Shown piece after piece: positions 40,149 to 54,394 of a DNA stretch of 64,000 nucleotides. Source of the DNA: Octopus vulgaris (lineage: Eukaryota); assembly GCA_951406725.2 (NCBI GenBank), contig OX597821.1:55986001-56050000 (forward strand), in the 5' to 3' direction. Within the stretch, counting starts at the first letter, position 1; each line of letters starts with the position of its first letter. The notes beneath the pieces were generated by a model, which was given only the letters and a program-made list of their open reading frames with translations, made no database searches and was not told where the DNA came from. The translations under genes were made by a program, and so were the position numbers.

Positions 40149-43100
40149 TATAATTAAATCTATTGTATTTATTTTAAAACTTGTATTTCAAGTGCAGTTC
40201 TTGCTTGTTTTTTTTTTCTTTGTTGATTGTTACTTTTATCTGAGCCTTCTGGGAGCAATATTCGTATGCAGGGATCAACTTCAAAAAAAGATGTGGCTTT
40301 TACATCTATAGTTAAGGAAATCCTTGTAGTAACTTAATCGTTTGGAATGCTTAGAGCAGATGACTGCAATAAAAATATTTAAAATTAGATGCAGGTGATT
40401 GAAGTTATATTTATCACTGATTTTGATCATTAATTTATTGTTAATAAATCGGTTTCGTTTTATTACTTATATTGCCCCAAGGATATAAATATTTGTAGAG
40501 GTGACATATGGTCGGTTAGGTCAGCACCAGCACGTAAGTCATTTTATTGACCAGAGAAATAAATTACAAATTAGGGTTTGATTGTAGTATGATTTCAACT
40601 CAAATCTAAATTAGCTCAATATCGAGCGATAAATATATGAATATATTAATGAACAACAATGTTTTCATGTATTTATGTTTAAATGGGGTTCCTACATACA
40701 TTTGTAAACAATAATATTGTGTGTTCGGTTTCAAATGAGGGTTCGAATGAATTCACAGCATTTAATTAAAATCTATTCATTCTACTCAGTCTTCTGTTCT
40801 TAATAATTTTAAACAAAGAAATGATTGTACGTCTGGTATCTTCAGGTTTCATGGTGCTTTTGTACTGTGATTGTATTCTTCACATGAAAGAACTTCGCTT
40901 TGTACTAAATACTTTCCACGTACTGTGTCACACGTACGTTATCATCATCAACCGGTCAGGCGACTTACCCAAACCAATGCAACTCTTCCACGCCATACGT
41001 CCCGATCGAGTTATGAGGTATGAACGTCTGGCTTGGGTGTCAGTCACATTGAAATAGAGAGTGGGGAAATGGGCAAGCGGGCAAAATAAATAATTTCTGA
41101 TTTCTTGTTATTTTCTCATAACCTGTTTTAAGCGATTACATTGCAAGTTTTGCATCATCATTTTGTACGGTTGCATCATCTTTGGCAGTAAAAATTTGGT
41201 CGGCATAGTAGTTATCGTTGTTTGGAACATAGTTAAGTGACAGGTACCATTCCCCCAACCCCAAATTTTTCAACTTTGATCCGATTGTAATTGTGGTTGC
41301 TAATAAAATATCTGGATAATTTTTGGTCTTTAACAATCTAAATTCTTTTTTTCTGTTGGTTTCCAAGTCAGTTTTTCTCCACACAAATGCTCAATTTGAT
41401 AATTTTCAATTTTGAAAATAAAAAAAATGTCTTAGGCAGAGCAAAATGAGCAATGATTAATTTCAAATAATTCCTTCTGTTAACTGTATGGTGCGTAAAT
41501 ATATAAAAAAAAAGGGTCACTCCAAAAGAACGTGAAGAAGCTATAGAGAATATTTTAGATTTAGCTTTTTAGATTTAGTCGAGTTTCTTTAGTTTCATAT
41601 CTCGTGCCAGTTTTTCATGACCCTCTTTCATCTGAGCTCGATAATTAAAATTCTTGTTGCATTTCTGATTTTTCTTATGTCTAAGGATGGATATTGATGT
41701 ATATGAGTCTTTTTTGGAATGTTATTCTGGAAAAGTGAAGAAAGGAAATTTATTTTATTTTATCATACTCATTTTGTCCTAATTAAATCTACCTTTATGC
41801 ATTCAAAGAAAACGGAGATAATTTTCTGAAATAATGTTCAGAATATGTTATACTGTTCTTTAACGTATTTAAAGAAGGTTATTTGCTTAGCTAATATAGA
41901 TTTTGTAAGTCAGTGAAAATTTATATAACATAAGATATTTTTTCTCAAAGTTGAAACTGCAGTCAACATTGCTCATTGTCCCCACTCCATCTCATCTGCG
42001 CACATCACTGCTACAGATGACAGAAGTAGTTCGTTAACTGAAGTGGTTGAGTTTGGCCGTTGACAGTTTATTGTTTGTTTTTGCGCTCAGCTTGTCGAAA
42101 TAGTTCACATTCACTGTGCCGCATCGTATGATTTCAACGTACCATGGTTTAACACAAAGCTGGGACCCTAACTCGTGGTACCACTCCGGGTCTGAGTAAA
42201 CCTGGGAACAATAGTGGATAAGATGTGGTTCCACGCTCCTCAAAAACCATAGAATTCTCCTGGAATTGCTAGCCTTGGGCCAAAGTCATACCCAGGATAT
42301 AAAACAGTTAAATGAATAAGGACTGTGAAGACAGAGAACTTATGACATTAAAATAAGAATAAAGTGCCCATCATCTCGTATACAAGTTAAAGAATAATGT
42401 ATAAGTGTCTTGGATAGGTGGTAAATTGTCAGTAAGCAGAGTTTGCACTCGTTAATTAAGCTCCTGCTTGAGCTAATTCATTTCAATATGCTTCCCAGTT
42501 GTAATCCATATGCTAGTGGAGGATAATGTGATTAAATGAAGACAAATCCTACAGTGTGTCAAAAGAAACCCTTTGATGATGATGATGATGATGATGACGA
42601 CGACGACAGCACGGTGATAATGTTTGCAATTATAACAATACTGATGATAGCGCCGGCGCTAAGGAAGTTGATATTAACGATAATGATGGCGATCTCCTAA
42701 TGCTACCGAATGAATTATTACAAACTAGAATTGATATGCAACTAAAATTTATCTGCCCATCATTCACCTCTTCGTTACAAGTTCCTCTCTTCACTCTACG
42801 TAATCCTAAGCTTATTCTGAAAAGAAACAGAGATTTTGCTCGAGAATCTGTTTATTTGAAAACATAATCAAAAACACTAAGCAATGTTTTTCTTAATACG
42901 ATGATGAAACCTTTGGGTGTCGCTCGTCCTGCGAGAAATAGCTGCCAAACTTCACTCAAAATAGTTCCTTCCATCGCAGAAAAAGGGACGACAGACTGGA
43001 CAGATAATACTATTAAAGAGTTTAATACAATTGTTTCAAAAGGAAATGTTTGTGAATGGAACGCTTCTGGGTTTCAAGGATATTTATGTTCTAATTTGGC

Positions 43101-43261
43101 TAATTTCAGCATCAGTTAACCATTTCTTTTTAATGGAGTTCAGTGAACATTTGAAAAGGTGCCAAATTTACTCCTTACCAAATTCCTTCTCCTCCTCCTC
43201 CACAACATCCACAACATCCACCACCACCACCACCACCAGAATAAATCTTCATCATCAGCAT

Positions 43262-43323
<62 letters not shown>

Positions 43324-43349
43324 TCACCGGTTCTCCCACCACCCTCAAA

Positions 43350-43900
43350 GAAAATTAACTAAAACTGAAAACATTAAATTAGAACCAGACTGTGAAATTC
43401 GAGAATTAGGTTGGAACACCTAACGTTGCATTGGAGTAGATGAAGCTGATACACGACTATACATAGAAAGGAAGGAAGAAATTAGAAAAAAATAATGCAA
43501 GACTACAGGAGAATCAGAGTAATAGTAGAAATCGACCCCATTGCCAGAAAGTGATTTAAAACCTCCACACCCTGGGAAATTATGCCAGCATTGCGAAATA
43601 ACGATAGGAAAGGAATAACTTAAGCATACTTCAGAAATAGTCTCAGAGCAGCAATGTAACTACATATTTCAATCCAAACAGACACGGAAATCAAGAAAAA
43701 ACGACATGATATTGTTGGTAAAGATTTTTAGGGAAAAAGGTGTATTGATCGAAATAATAGTTGTAAAAGACTCCGCCCTCATTTTTTTTTTTTTAATGTT
43801 TGAGACGGAGAGAGAACCAGAATGTGGAGACTGAAAATTGAAATTATCTCCCTTAAAACAAGTGCCTTATGAATGATTGAAAAATAATGAACACAAATCC
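43350..43900 (+). mobile_element. Highly decayed R4/Dong-type fragment
   Basis: ADTRLYIERKE, GKLCQHCEIT, IQTDTEIKKKRHDIVGKD and TRMWRLKIEII are collinear with the 13186-13920 protein. Confidence 0.6.
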
Positions 43901-44069
43901 AAATTCTAGAACTTACACTACACACAGTAAATAACAGTACCACATATTCGCATCTCTGGCCACCTTTTCAGTTTCATGTACTCGTTATAGAATTCAAATT
44001 GTTTCGAACAGTTCGAGTGGCGGAGAGGGTGGGAAAAGGGTCGCTATCTCCTGATAGGTCCAATAAGCT

Positions 44070-44340
44070 TTTGCTACGGTTTTCGCCATCAGTCTTTCGG
44101 GTGTTCTTTATTATCTGGTTTTATTTCTTAGTAAATAGTACTTTTTCAATTCCATCCTCATCTTATAGGTCATCTAGGAAATCCATCAGACTCCCGTTTA
44201 AATTGTTCGAAATTATTTTATTTTCTGCCAGAAATATTGTTGTAGTGAAATACGAATACTTTCTGCAAGAAATTGAATTTGTCATTTCTTCTCTCTGATT
44301 ATAGTCTTTAATTTTATTTCTTCCGTTTTTTTGATTGAGC
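44070..44340 (-). mobile_element. Possible decayed R4/Dong-type RT C-terminal fragment
   Basis: LAENKIISNNL and a downstream NTR.LM-like remnant resemble the LN.KNKI.AIN...KTRKLM region of RLE-LINE RTs. Confidence 0.35.
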
Positions 44341-44469
44341 AACTGTGAATGTTGAGCAATCAAGAGCTTCCCCCACCTCCAAATGGCGACAAGAAAGACA
44401 AGGAATTATTTTTATTATGTAAATGGTCTACATAAAAAATATTTTCCCACATCTCTTCACACAATCCTT

Positions 44470-45289
44470 TCTACTAAAGGCACAAGGCCTGCAATATGGG
44501 TGGTGGAGGGAGGGGGCGAGTGGATTACATCAATCCCAGTGTTTCACTGGCACGAAAGTATGAAAGGCAAAATCGACTAAGGCGGAATTTGAACTCAGAA
44601 TGTAAGGACGGACAAAATGCCGAAAAAGCATTCTACCCGGCGTGCTGACGATTCTGCCAGCTCGCCACTTCAGTCATGGCTTCTCACAATGAAGATAAAA
44701 AATACTGAGAGCAAAGAGAACCACAGCAAAAGCTAATAATAATGCCAGCAAAGGCACGAAGTTGGAAATTTGGGAAGAAGTGACCCGAGAAAATATTTGT
44801 CCGGTGCATCTATTTAATCGAACTCGGAGAGATGAAAGCAAAGTTGGCCACGATGGCTTTTGAACTCAAAACGTAAAGAACCAAATTATCCTAATTAATT
44901 TCTTTTAGATAATAAAGGCGGCGAGTTGACAGAAACGTTAGCACGCCGGGCGAAATGCTTACTGGTTTTTCGCCTGTCTTTACATTCTGAGTTCAAATTA
45001 CGCCGAGGTCGACTTTAACCTTTCGAGGTCGATAAATTAGGCATCAGTTGCGTACTGGGGTCGGTCTAATCGACTGCACCTAGAGTAGAAAATAATGTCT
45101 TACATACATATAACTGCTCATTAGAAAAGTTGACCTCGGTCGGTAGAATAGAAAGGGCGTCGGAAAAAAATAATAAATTCGGGGTCAACTTCATTTTTTC
45201 TCTTTTCGGAGTACTAGTATGGACTAAACTGTCATTTTGAAATTGTTGGCCTCGTGCATATAGTAGAAAGGATTATTATTATTAATAAA

Positions 45290-45377
<88 letters not shown>

Positions 45378-46360
45378 GGCGGTGGTGAGATAGCAGAATC
45401 GTTAACACACCGGGCAAAATGCTTAGCAGCATTTCGTTCGTCTGTACGTTCTGAGTTCAAATTCCGCCGAGATCTACTTTGCATTTCATCATTTCGGGTT
45501 CGATAAAAAAAGTACCTGTTGAGCGTTAAGATCGATGTATTCGACATAGCTCTTCCCCTGGAATTGCTAGCCTTGGGCCAAAATTTGAAATCATTATTGA
45601 TAAAGAGAAGAGGAAGGAGAAGTCAAATTATCGCAATCTACGATAGTTATAAAGGTAATAAAATTCTATTTTTGTTTCTCTCTTAACCTGAAGCGGAATT
45701 CACCAAAACTTATTGCTTGCTTTTAAAAGAAATCTTTCAATGTTCCAGTGTTGTTAAATATTTTATTTTAAAATGTTTATGGAGCTATTCATATATTTAT
45801 ATTCTTATATTAACATTACATTCACCAATTTAAAAAGAAATGTCTATATCTGCATATATATAAATTGAAATGATGTTCCACTTTATATATATACATTTGA
45901 AAAGTTTTGTAATTTCAATATTCATTAACAGATGCATGATCATAAATATACGTAAGCAATCATATTGCCTTCTTGAGAAGCTACACAATTTTCAATTATA
46001 TTCACTTTCATATTTCTTTGAGTCCTTTTCCTAAATATTTCTATTTTTAAAAAAATTGAGATATTCAAGCATTTATATTCTTATATTCGCATTTTACGCA
46101 GCGCGCGCATGCGTGTGTAGTGGAATGATAATGGTTCGAACAGTTTCTAGATTTCAGTATTTATTAACAAATAACGCAGCGAGCTGGAAGAATCGTTAAC
46201 ACGCCGGGCAAAATGCCTTGCAGCATTTTGTCCGGCCTTGCATTCTGAGTTTCAATTCTACCGAGGTTACTTTGCTTTTCTTCCTTTCGGAGGCAATGGA
46301 ATAAGTACCAGTTGAACATTAGGATCAATGTATTCGACTTAACCCCCACCCCGAAATTTT
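44470..46360. mobile_element. Cluster of SINE family B monomers (44475-44668 -, 44915-45080 +, 45376-45590 +, 46175-46360 +)
   Basis: Recurrent ggcggcgagctggcagaa.cgttagcacgccgggc and ttctgagttcaaattccgccgagg motifs, with TAA/TTA arrays at the junctions. Confidence 0.8.
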
Positions 46361-46551
46361 GAATTAATTTTTATGAAAAAGAATAAAAGAATAAATTGAA
46401 TATAATCAGTTATAAGCAATCACATTTCCCAGTTGGATGATTATAAAACTTCCCTGAAATATTCTCTACATAAGGCTACATTTTTAGAATAGTTACATTT
46501 CTCATTTTCTTGTTAACAGTTCAGTGCATGACATGCAATTTTGTTATCAGT

Positions 46552-46962
46552 ACTCTTTTACTCTTTTACTTGTTTCAGTCATTTGACTGCGGCCATGCTA
46601 GAGCACCGCCTTTTAGTCGAGCAAATCGACCCCAGGACTTATTCTTTGTAACCCTAGTACTTATTCTATCAATCTCTTTTGCCGAACCGCTAAGTTACGG
46701 GTACATAAATTCACCACCATCGGTTGTCAAGCGATGTTGGGCGGACAAACACAGACACACAAACACATACACACACATACACATACATATATACATATAT
46801 ACGACGGGCTTCTTTCGGTTTCCGTCTACCAAATCCACTTACAAGGCTTTGGTCGGCCCGAGGCCATAGTAGAAGACACTTGCCCAAGGTGCCACGCAGT
46901 GGGACAGAACCCGGAACCATGTGGTTGGTAAGCGAGCTACTTACCACACAGCCACTCCTGCG
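46552..46962 (-). mobile_element. SINE family A, full length
   Basis: Same head and tail as 35763-36273. Confidence 0.93.
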
Positions 46963-47591
46963 ATTCATTATTCTTGTATATTTTGTGACTGTTACGGTAT
47001 GATCGATTATTATTATCATTATTAAAGTATTGAGTGCTATCGTTAAGTGTATAATGTATAATGATATGCGATATGTTAGTATATAGTATGGTGTGGTGTA
47101 GCAGAGCCAGATCAAACATGTTCTACTGATGATAATCCTATTAACCAGTGCCGTCTGTTTTATGGTCAACTTATCGGTGACTGATTACCATTCTATGATA
47201 TCATCCTGCTGAGTGGGGAAAGATAGACAGCATAATGGGACAAAATAATACACTTATTTATAAGGATAGATAAACTCTCAGCAAGAAGTCAACTACCATT
47301 CATCAAATCTACAAACGGAATGGGGACCCCATTATGCTTTTTGAGTCTTTTGGTAACCCCTCCACTTGACTGTCTTTCTCAGACACACTGTTCTTCTTTT
47401 CCTTTGACCCAGGGAGACCTGGGTGAAAGATGACTTCTGATATGTTTGAGAAACCTTCGAAGTGGTTACTCTTTTATTACCACTTTTCTGTTGAAATACA
47501 CTGCCTTTGTTTGAATTAATTTTGAAAATAATGTAGAATTTATTTAAAAAAAACAACAACGGCAAAATGTTGCCATTATTAAGCTAGTTTA

Positions 47592-47790
47592 AAGTGGCGA
47601 GCTAGGAGACACGTTAGCACGCAAAATGTTTAGCAGCATTTCGTCCACCTTTACATTCTGAGTTCAAATTCCACCGGGGTCGACTTTGCCTTTCATCTTT
47701 TCGGGAATCAATAAAACAAGTACCAGTCAATGTAAACGACTTATCTCCTCCCCTAAAATTGCTGACCTTGAACTAAAATTTGAAACCATT
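47592..47790 (+). mobile_element. SINE family B monomer
   Basis: gtggcgagctagg..ttctgagttcaaattccaccggggtcgactttgcctttcatc. Confidence 0.8.
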
Positions 47791-48229
47791 ATTTTGATTC
47801 TTGGAACATAAATTAACATGAAATTTCGGTGGAAGGTTGTAACTTAGATCATTTTAAAATAAGAAGCTTATATCATAGGCAATCTCAGGTGGGTTGTTAC
47901 AAAACGGCTAAGTCTTGGCTAAGATTACCATCTTCTTGAGTAAAACTATTTCTATTGTATCGTCGGAAATGCCAGACGCATGCTATTCCCTAATTCAGTG
48001 TGGATATCACATAGAATAGTAGGACATAGTATAGTAGGGTATAGTATAGTAGCATACAGTATGACAGGGTAACATGAAGTTTAGTGTAGTTTGGTAGTAG
48101 TATAGCATATAATGTATGCACCATATAGTATAGTGTGCTGCAGTAGTGTGGTAGGATATTATATAATATTGTATAGGATGGTAATCATTAAATCCAGTGT
48201 ATTCCAGTAGGTAGTCATTAAATACTTCG

Positions 48230-48742
48230 ACCGTATTATTATTATTACCAGCATCCGCTTCACGCCACCATTTCCATCACAGCCACCATCAGCCCTACCA
48301 CCACTACCGCTACTACAGCCACTATCACTACTACCACCACTACCACACTTTTACTCCATCATTATCATCATCATCATCATCACCATCATCGCCATCATCA
48401 TCGTCATCATCACCATTATAGTCATCAATACCATCATTATCGTTGTCATCATCATCATCATCATCGTTTGGATTGCTAATATTATTAGAGAAGGGGACAA
48501 AATGCCTGTGGTATTTAGGTATTTAGTTACAGATTTTCCTGCACTGGGTTCAAATCTTGCCGGGGTCAAGTTTGTCATTAATGCTTCCAGGACTGAAAAA
48601 GTAAAAATATCAGTCAATTAGTGGGTGGATTAAATATTCCTAAAAGGCATCTTAGATGTTAATGGAATACATTATCATTACCAGCATCACCACTGTTACC
48701 GCTATGATGATGACGATGATACTTCTCCTTCTCCTCTTCATT

Positions 48743-48774
<32 letters not shown>

Positions 48775-49084
48775 AACCGTTAGCTTCAATTCTAACGTCG
48801 CCATTTCACTATCACCGCCGCCACTATCAGAATCATCAACATCAGCATGAGCATCACTCCTGCTGCCGCTACCACCACCACCACCACCACCACCACCACC
48901 ACCACCACCACCACCACCACCTCCATCACCACAAATCACGACCACCACGACTACGACCACGACCATTTCCACCACTGCAACCACTACTACTATCATCATT
49001 ATCAGCTGAGCACCAGCATCTCTCTCACCGCCACCGCCACCAATAACACCGTTACCCCCATCATCATCATCATCATTATCATCC

Positions 49085-49115
<31 letters not shown>

Positions 49116-50300
49116 GGTCATCCTCACTACCCCTACTCATCTACTATTACCTCCATTGCTATCAGCACTCACGACAATCCCATCCTTATAATCGATGCCC
49201 ATCATGATCAATGTCATTATCCTCATCATTATTGATCCATCAACAACACCATAATCAATGACAGTAAAATTTTAAAAAATAATTAAAAACATGCCAAATA
49301 TCATCAATCACTTCTGCAACTATAATCACTCATGCCACCACCACCACCACCACCACTAACTACAACAAACATAGCGTCATCATCACCACCGCCACTAACT
49401 ATAACAAAAACATCATCATCATCATCATCACCACCACCACCACCACCACCACTACAAACACGACTACCACCACCACCACCACCACTACCACCATCATCAC
49501 TACCACCATCATCACTACCACCATCACCACCACCACCACCACCATCACCACCACCACCACTAACTACAACAAACACATCAGCATCATCATCACTACCACC
49601 ACTAACTATAACGAAAAACATCAGCATCATCATCACCACCAATACCACCATCACCACCACCACCACCACCACCATCACCACCACCACCACTAACTACAAC
49701 AAACACATCAGCATCATCATCACCACCAATACCACTATCACCACCAGCACCACCACCACTACACACACCACTACCACCACCACCACCACCACCACCACCA
49801 CCACCACCACCACCACCACCACCACCACCACCACCATCACCACGACCACCACTAACTGCAACACAAACATCAGCATCATCATCACCATCAAAACCACTAC
49901 CACCACCACCACCACCTCCAACAACAACAAAAACATCAGCATCATCATCACCACCCCCACCAACACCCCCACCACCACTACCACCACTTATTACAACAAA
50001 AACATCAGTAGCATCATCACCATCAAAACCACTACCACCACCACCACCACCTCCAACAACAACAAAAACATCAGCATCATCATCACCACCACCACCACCA
50101 CCACCACCACCACTACCACCACTAACTACAACAAAAGCATCAGCATCATCACCACCACTAACACCATCACCAACACCACCCAACACCAAAAACACCACCA
50201 CTAACATTAGTACTACCGTTACAAAAAGTAACATACAAGTGATAGTGTTATTGGTGGTGATGATGATGCTGATGTTTTTTTGTTATAGTTAGTGGTGGTA
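48230..50300. repeat. CAC/CAT trinucleotide-derived low-complexity region with a higher-order minisatellite
   Basis: A unit of roughly ccactaactacaacaaaaacatcagcatcatcatcacc(acc)n recurs about ten times in 49340-50200. Confidence 0.9.
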
Positions 50301-50815
50301 TCACCATCATCAGCTGCATCACTACCGCAAAAACAACAGCAGCCAAACACGAAGATTACAATGGCACTATCTACAACTATTCACTGGTTAAAACATTCAC
50401 TGCCGTCACTATCATAATCACAGTACTCCCACATTAGATGATCAGACACCAGACATAGCTGCACACTAAACAACACGCGCACGTCAACGGGAGCAATGTC
50501 TACGCACCAACGCTTGCGTCATACAAATCCAATCCTTCCCCAAATCTTAGAGAGCAACCACCACTCACAGACACATACTGACGTGCCCACTCGCATACTC
50601 ACATTCTCGCATACGTATTCTCAGATACACAGATGATATCATATACAACATAATTATGTCAAATATACAACACACAAGAGACAAAATAACTAAAACAAAA
50701 AAAAAAACAATCTTATTTCTTACATAGACAATATTTTATACCAGAAGGGAAAGTGAAGATGGTTTTACAAATATATCTTCCCCTAAGATAATTTTTTAAA
50801 CAAAACGTCAACATA

Positions 50816-51232
50816 GGCGCAGGAGTGGCTGTGTGGTAAGTAGCTTGCTAAACAACCACATGGTTCCGGGTTCAGTCCCACTGCGTGGCATCTTGGGCAA
50901 GTGTCTTCTGCTATAGCCCCGGGCCGACCAATGCCTTGTGAGTGGATTTGGTAGACAGAAACTGATAGAAACCTGTCGTATATATGTATATATATATATA
51001 TGTATGTGTGTGTGTTTGTGTGTCTGTGTTTGTCCCCCTAGCATTGCTTGACAACCGATGCTGGTGTGTTTACGTCCCTGTTACTTAGCGGTTCGGCAAA
51101 AGAGACTGATAGAATAAGTACTGGGCTTACAAAGAATAAGTCCCGGGGTAGATTTGCTCGACTAAAGGCGGTGCTCCAGCATGGCCGCAGTCAAATGACT
51201 GAAACAAGTAAAAGAGTAAAAGAGTAAAGAGA
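50816..51232 (+). mobile_element. SINE family A, full length
   Basis: ggcgcaggagtggctgtgtggtaagtagcttgc...ccgggttcagtccc (B-box-like)...gactgaaacaagtaaaagagtaaaagag. Confidence 0.93.
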
Positions 51233-51259
51233 GATTTTCTAAACTATAGGGGATTTTTT

Positions 51260-51530
51260 ATGAACTCAGAACGTAGCGGCAGACGAAATACCTATTTCTA
51301 TTTCTTTACTACCCACAAGGGGCTAAACACAGAGGGGACAAACAAGGACAGACACGGATTAAGTCGATTATATCGACCCCAGTGTGTAACTGGTACTTAA
51401 TTTATCGACCTCGTAAGGATGAAAAGTAAAGTCGGCATCGGTGGAATTTGAACTCAGAACGTAACGGCAGACGAAATACCGCTAAGCATTTCGCCCGGCG
51501 CGCTAGTGTTACTACCAGCTCGCCGCCTTT
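51260..51530 (-). mobile_element. SINE family B (1.3 units)
   Basis: Same junction gacgaaatacctattt as in the 10295 array; ends ccagctcgccgcctt. Confidence 0.85.
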
Positions 51531-53142
51531 ATTATATTAATTAGGATAATCTGGTTCTTTATGTTCCTCTTTTTTCAAAATGATTTAGTGCGAAGAGCTC
51601 CCTTGATACTTTCCAAGGGCTTTCACACTGGTGGTGGTAGAGAGTTCTGCTCAGATTGGAAAATTGCTCCGAATGCTTGCAATAGAACGAACTCATTTTA
51701 TGACATACAGGGACTATTTTGCGCAGTTAAATCATATGTTGGACTAAGCCTACCACTCATAAACAATTTCTATGACTTTAAGCTAATCTCTGGAGAGAAT
51801 GTTAGACTACTGAGTTGTTACTCTGCATAAGTTCTGCTACCTAATCTGGATAACTTGGTTAATTCAGGCACAGAAATTTAAAAGTAATGTATGAATATAC
51901 AACATTCCTACAATATATTTGAATTGAAGACTTAAAATTAAGAAGAGGACCTTCCCCCACCTTGTATAAAAAAAGCAACCACATTTCTTTCTAATCACAC
52001 TTTATTGTCCAAAGAAGAGAAACGTTGATAATGTGATACACAACGGATGGTCATGATGAGAATGTCTTGGATCACAGGACTGTTCGATCATGTGTGACTT
52101 GAGGTGAGGATTATAATGACCAATATCATATCAACTCAACCATTTTACTTTCCATATCGCATCATAAATGAAGAGAAATTGCTGCAACTGAGAATGAAAG
52201 CTAGTTGGACAATACTCTATCAACGTAAGTCAAAAACACCAGTACAGAGATCTTAAATATAATTATTAATCTTTTCTGGGAGAGGCGATGCCTACTTCTT
52301 CAAAATTGATTTCATAGAAGATGAAGAACAAGTGTCCTTAATTACAGGAATTACTAGAACTGAGTGAAGAATTAATTTATAATTTAGTCTGCTGCATCAG
52401 AAGTTTTCTAAATGGAGAGGAAATACGAGCAGAAATACAGTTCTAGAGAAGAGTGATTGAGTGATGAGAAAGAGATTTGGTATTTGACACAGCAGGAAAC
52501 TGAATATGTTTTCATGTTTTATTCAGTTAGCATTAGTTCAAGCAAATTTCTTACTACACCAACAAATTCGATCGTGTGTGTGCGTGCGTGCATGTGTGTG
52601 AGTGTGTGTGTGTGGTGGGTGGGCGAGTGTGCGCGCGCATGCAATAATCTGTTGGTATGAATAAGAAGTAGTTTGTGTTTTTTTCAGTTAATTTACTGTG
52701 TTGTAGGTTTGTTTTGTTTGTTTCTTTGTTATTTTAGTGTTTGTTGTGAAAGAAGCGTTGTTTAAGTGATGTTATTTTTGTTACAATATGTGTTATTTTA
52801 TTGGCTGGTAATTATGTTGCATGTATGCTCTGCAGTGTTACAGAATGTAGAAAGTTCATTGCTTCACCTGTATTGGGCCTAATACAACGATTTTTCTAGT
52901 TGTACGTAAAGTTATGAACACTGGTATGGATATTATGTTTTTATCATACACAGTGCGCTAATAATATCAACACCTACATTGCACCATAGCCACACGCCAT
53001 GCCTATTTCGATTTTCAGGTTTTTGTACTTTAATACCTTAAGCATAAATTTTTGAAGAAGGATCGAAATTTTCTCGTTTGTCTTTGGTTATGGTATCAGA
53101 GTGGTTCACTTTGAACTCCTTGTCAGTTTCGACAATTGTGTT

Positions 53143-53521
53143 ACAGGAGTGGCTGTGTGGTAAGTAGCTTGTCTACCAACCATATGGTTCCGGGTTCAGT
53201 CCCACTGCGTGGCACCTTGGGCAAATGTCTTCTACTATAGCCTCGGGCCGACCAAAGCCCTGTGAGTGGATTTGGTAGACGGAAACTGAAAGAAGCCCGT
53301 CGTATATATGTACATATATATATATGCGTGTTTGTGTGTCTGTGTTTGTCCCCTAGTGTTTATGTCCCCGTTACTTAGCGGTTCGGCAAAAGAGACCGAT
53401 AGAATAAGTACTGGGCTTACAAAAGAATAAGTCCCGGGGTCGAGTTGCTCGATTAAAGGCGGTGCTCCAGCATGGCCGCAATCAAATGACTGAAACAAGT
53501 AAAAGAATAAAAGAATAAAGA
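53143..53521 (+). mobile_element. SINE family A
   Basis: Head caggagtggctgtgtggtaag through tail gactgaaacaagtaaaagaataaaagaat. Confidence 0.92.
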
Positions 53522-54222
53522 ATATTACCGTAGCCAGGTCGTTGCTCCTATTTAATCCCAACAGAACTATGATCGAAGGTTTTCCCAGCGTTATCAGCCC
53601 ATCTTATTCCTTAATGCAGGAAACCCAGGACCACATTATGTATCATGGCCTATGGCTATATTCTGCCATAAAACGATGACGCCATTTGTTTACTGCAGTT
53701 GATATTAGTTTTCTATTTTATTTAATTTCATTTCGGTTTATTTTCGTAGTTTTTTGGAGGGGATTGAGGCTAGACTTCGATCTAGTACAATTAAAATCGG
53801 CTCTTAGTGATTTGTTTCTTGGTTGCTGCCATTAACATCAAGTTCTTTAGGATATTGTTAGATTTCATACTGGTTCGCATCTTCTCGATCGAGCCTTGCG
53901 GGATGTAGGAAATAGATGAGTATTTTCTCCATTTCTTTTCTTTAACTTTGTTTTGAATTCTGTTTCATTTTTATAGTCCATTTTGATATATTAAGTGTTT
54001 TTCGTCGTTTAGTAGTAAAGTAATCTTTGCTGTCATTGTTATGATAGCTCTGACAGAATGATTGTAATGTCAAACAAATCACTCCGAGGTAAACTTTGTC
54101 TTACATACTTCTGCAGTCAATAAACTGTAGCACTAGTCAAGTACAGAGATTAATTTATTTCTTTGCGCCATCCACCATATATTTGGCTTTGTGTCAGTTT
54201 TCAAAGAATTATTATTATTCAT

Positions 54223-54394
54223 AATTACAGCGTGTAATACAAATATTAGCTATTCCAAACACTCAAAGACTGTTAACTTCACTTAAACATTTATTATGTG
54301 GTGCCAAAAAGTTTCAGGACAATTGGTGTTTAAGTGAAGTTAACAGATTTTGTGTGTTTTTAAATGGCTAATTTGTGTTTTCGATGCTGTAATT
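54223..54394. mobile_element. ~170 bp MITE-like hairpin
   Basis: aattacagc...ctgttaacttcacttaaaca versus tgtttaagtgaagttaacag...gctgtaatt. TA-CAG termini are as in Tc1/mariner MITEs. Confidence 0.75.

Noticed and set aside
42640-42670. CTGATGA followed by the palindrome tagcgccggcgcta
   Set aside because: No GAAA, stem III or stem I; lies in GAT-repeat-derived sequence.
43031-43423. 130 aa ORF with poly-H/poly-Q like a transcription factor
   Set aside because: A compound CAC/CAT/CAG microsatellite between decayed repeats, with no domain or splice support.
47466-47910. Possible piggyBac-type MITE interrupted by SINE B
   Set aside because: The putative TTAA/TIR ends are too degenerate to verify within this window.
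49332-50204. 290 aa Pro/Thr-rich mucin- or extensin-like ORF
   Set aside because: A by-product of CAC/CAT triplet repeats; several frames on both strands are open.
53760-54010. Minus-strand ISYIPQGSIEKMR resembling a PLE thumb region
   Set aside because: A single short motif with no supporting neighbours.
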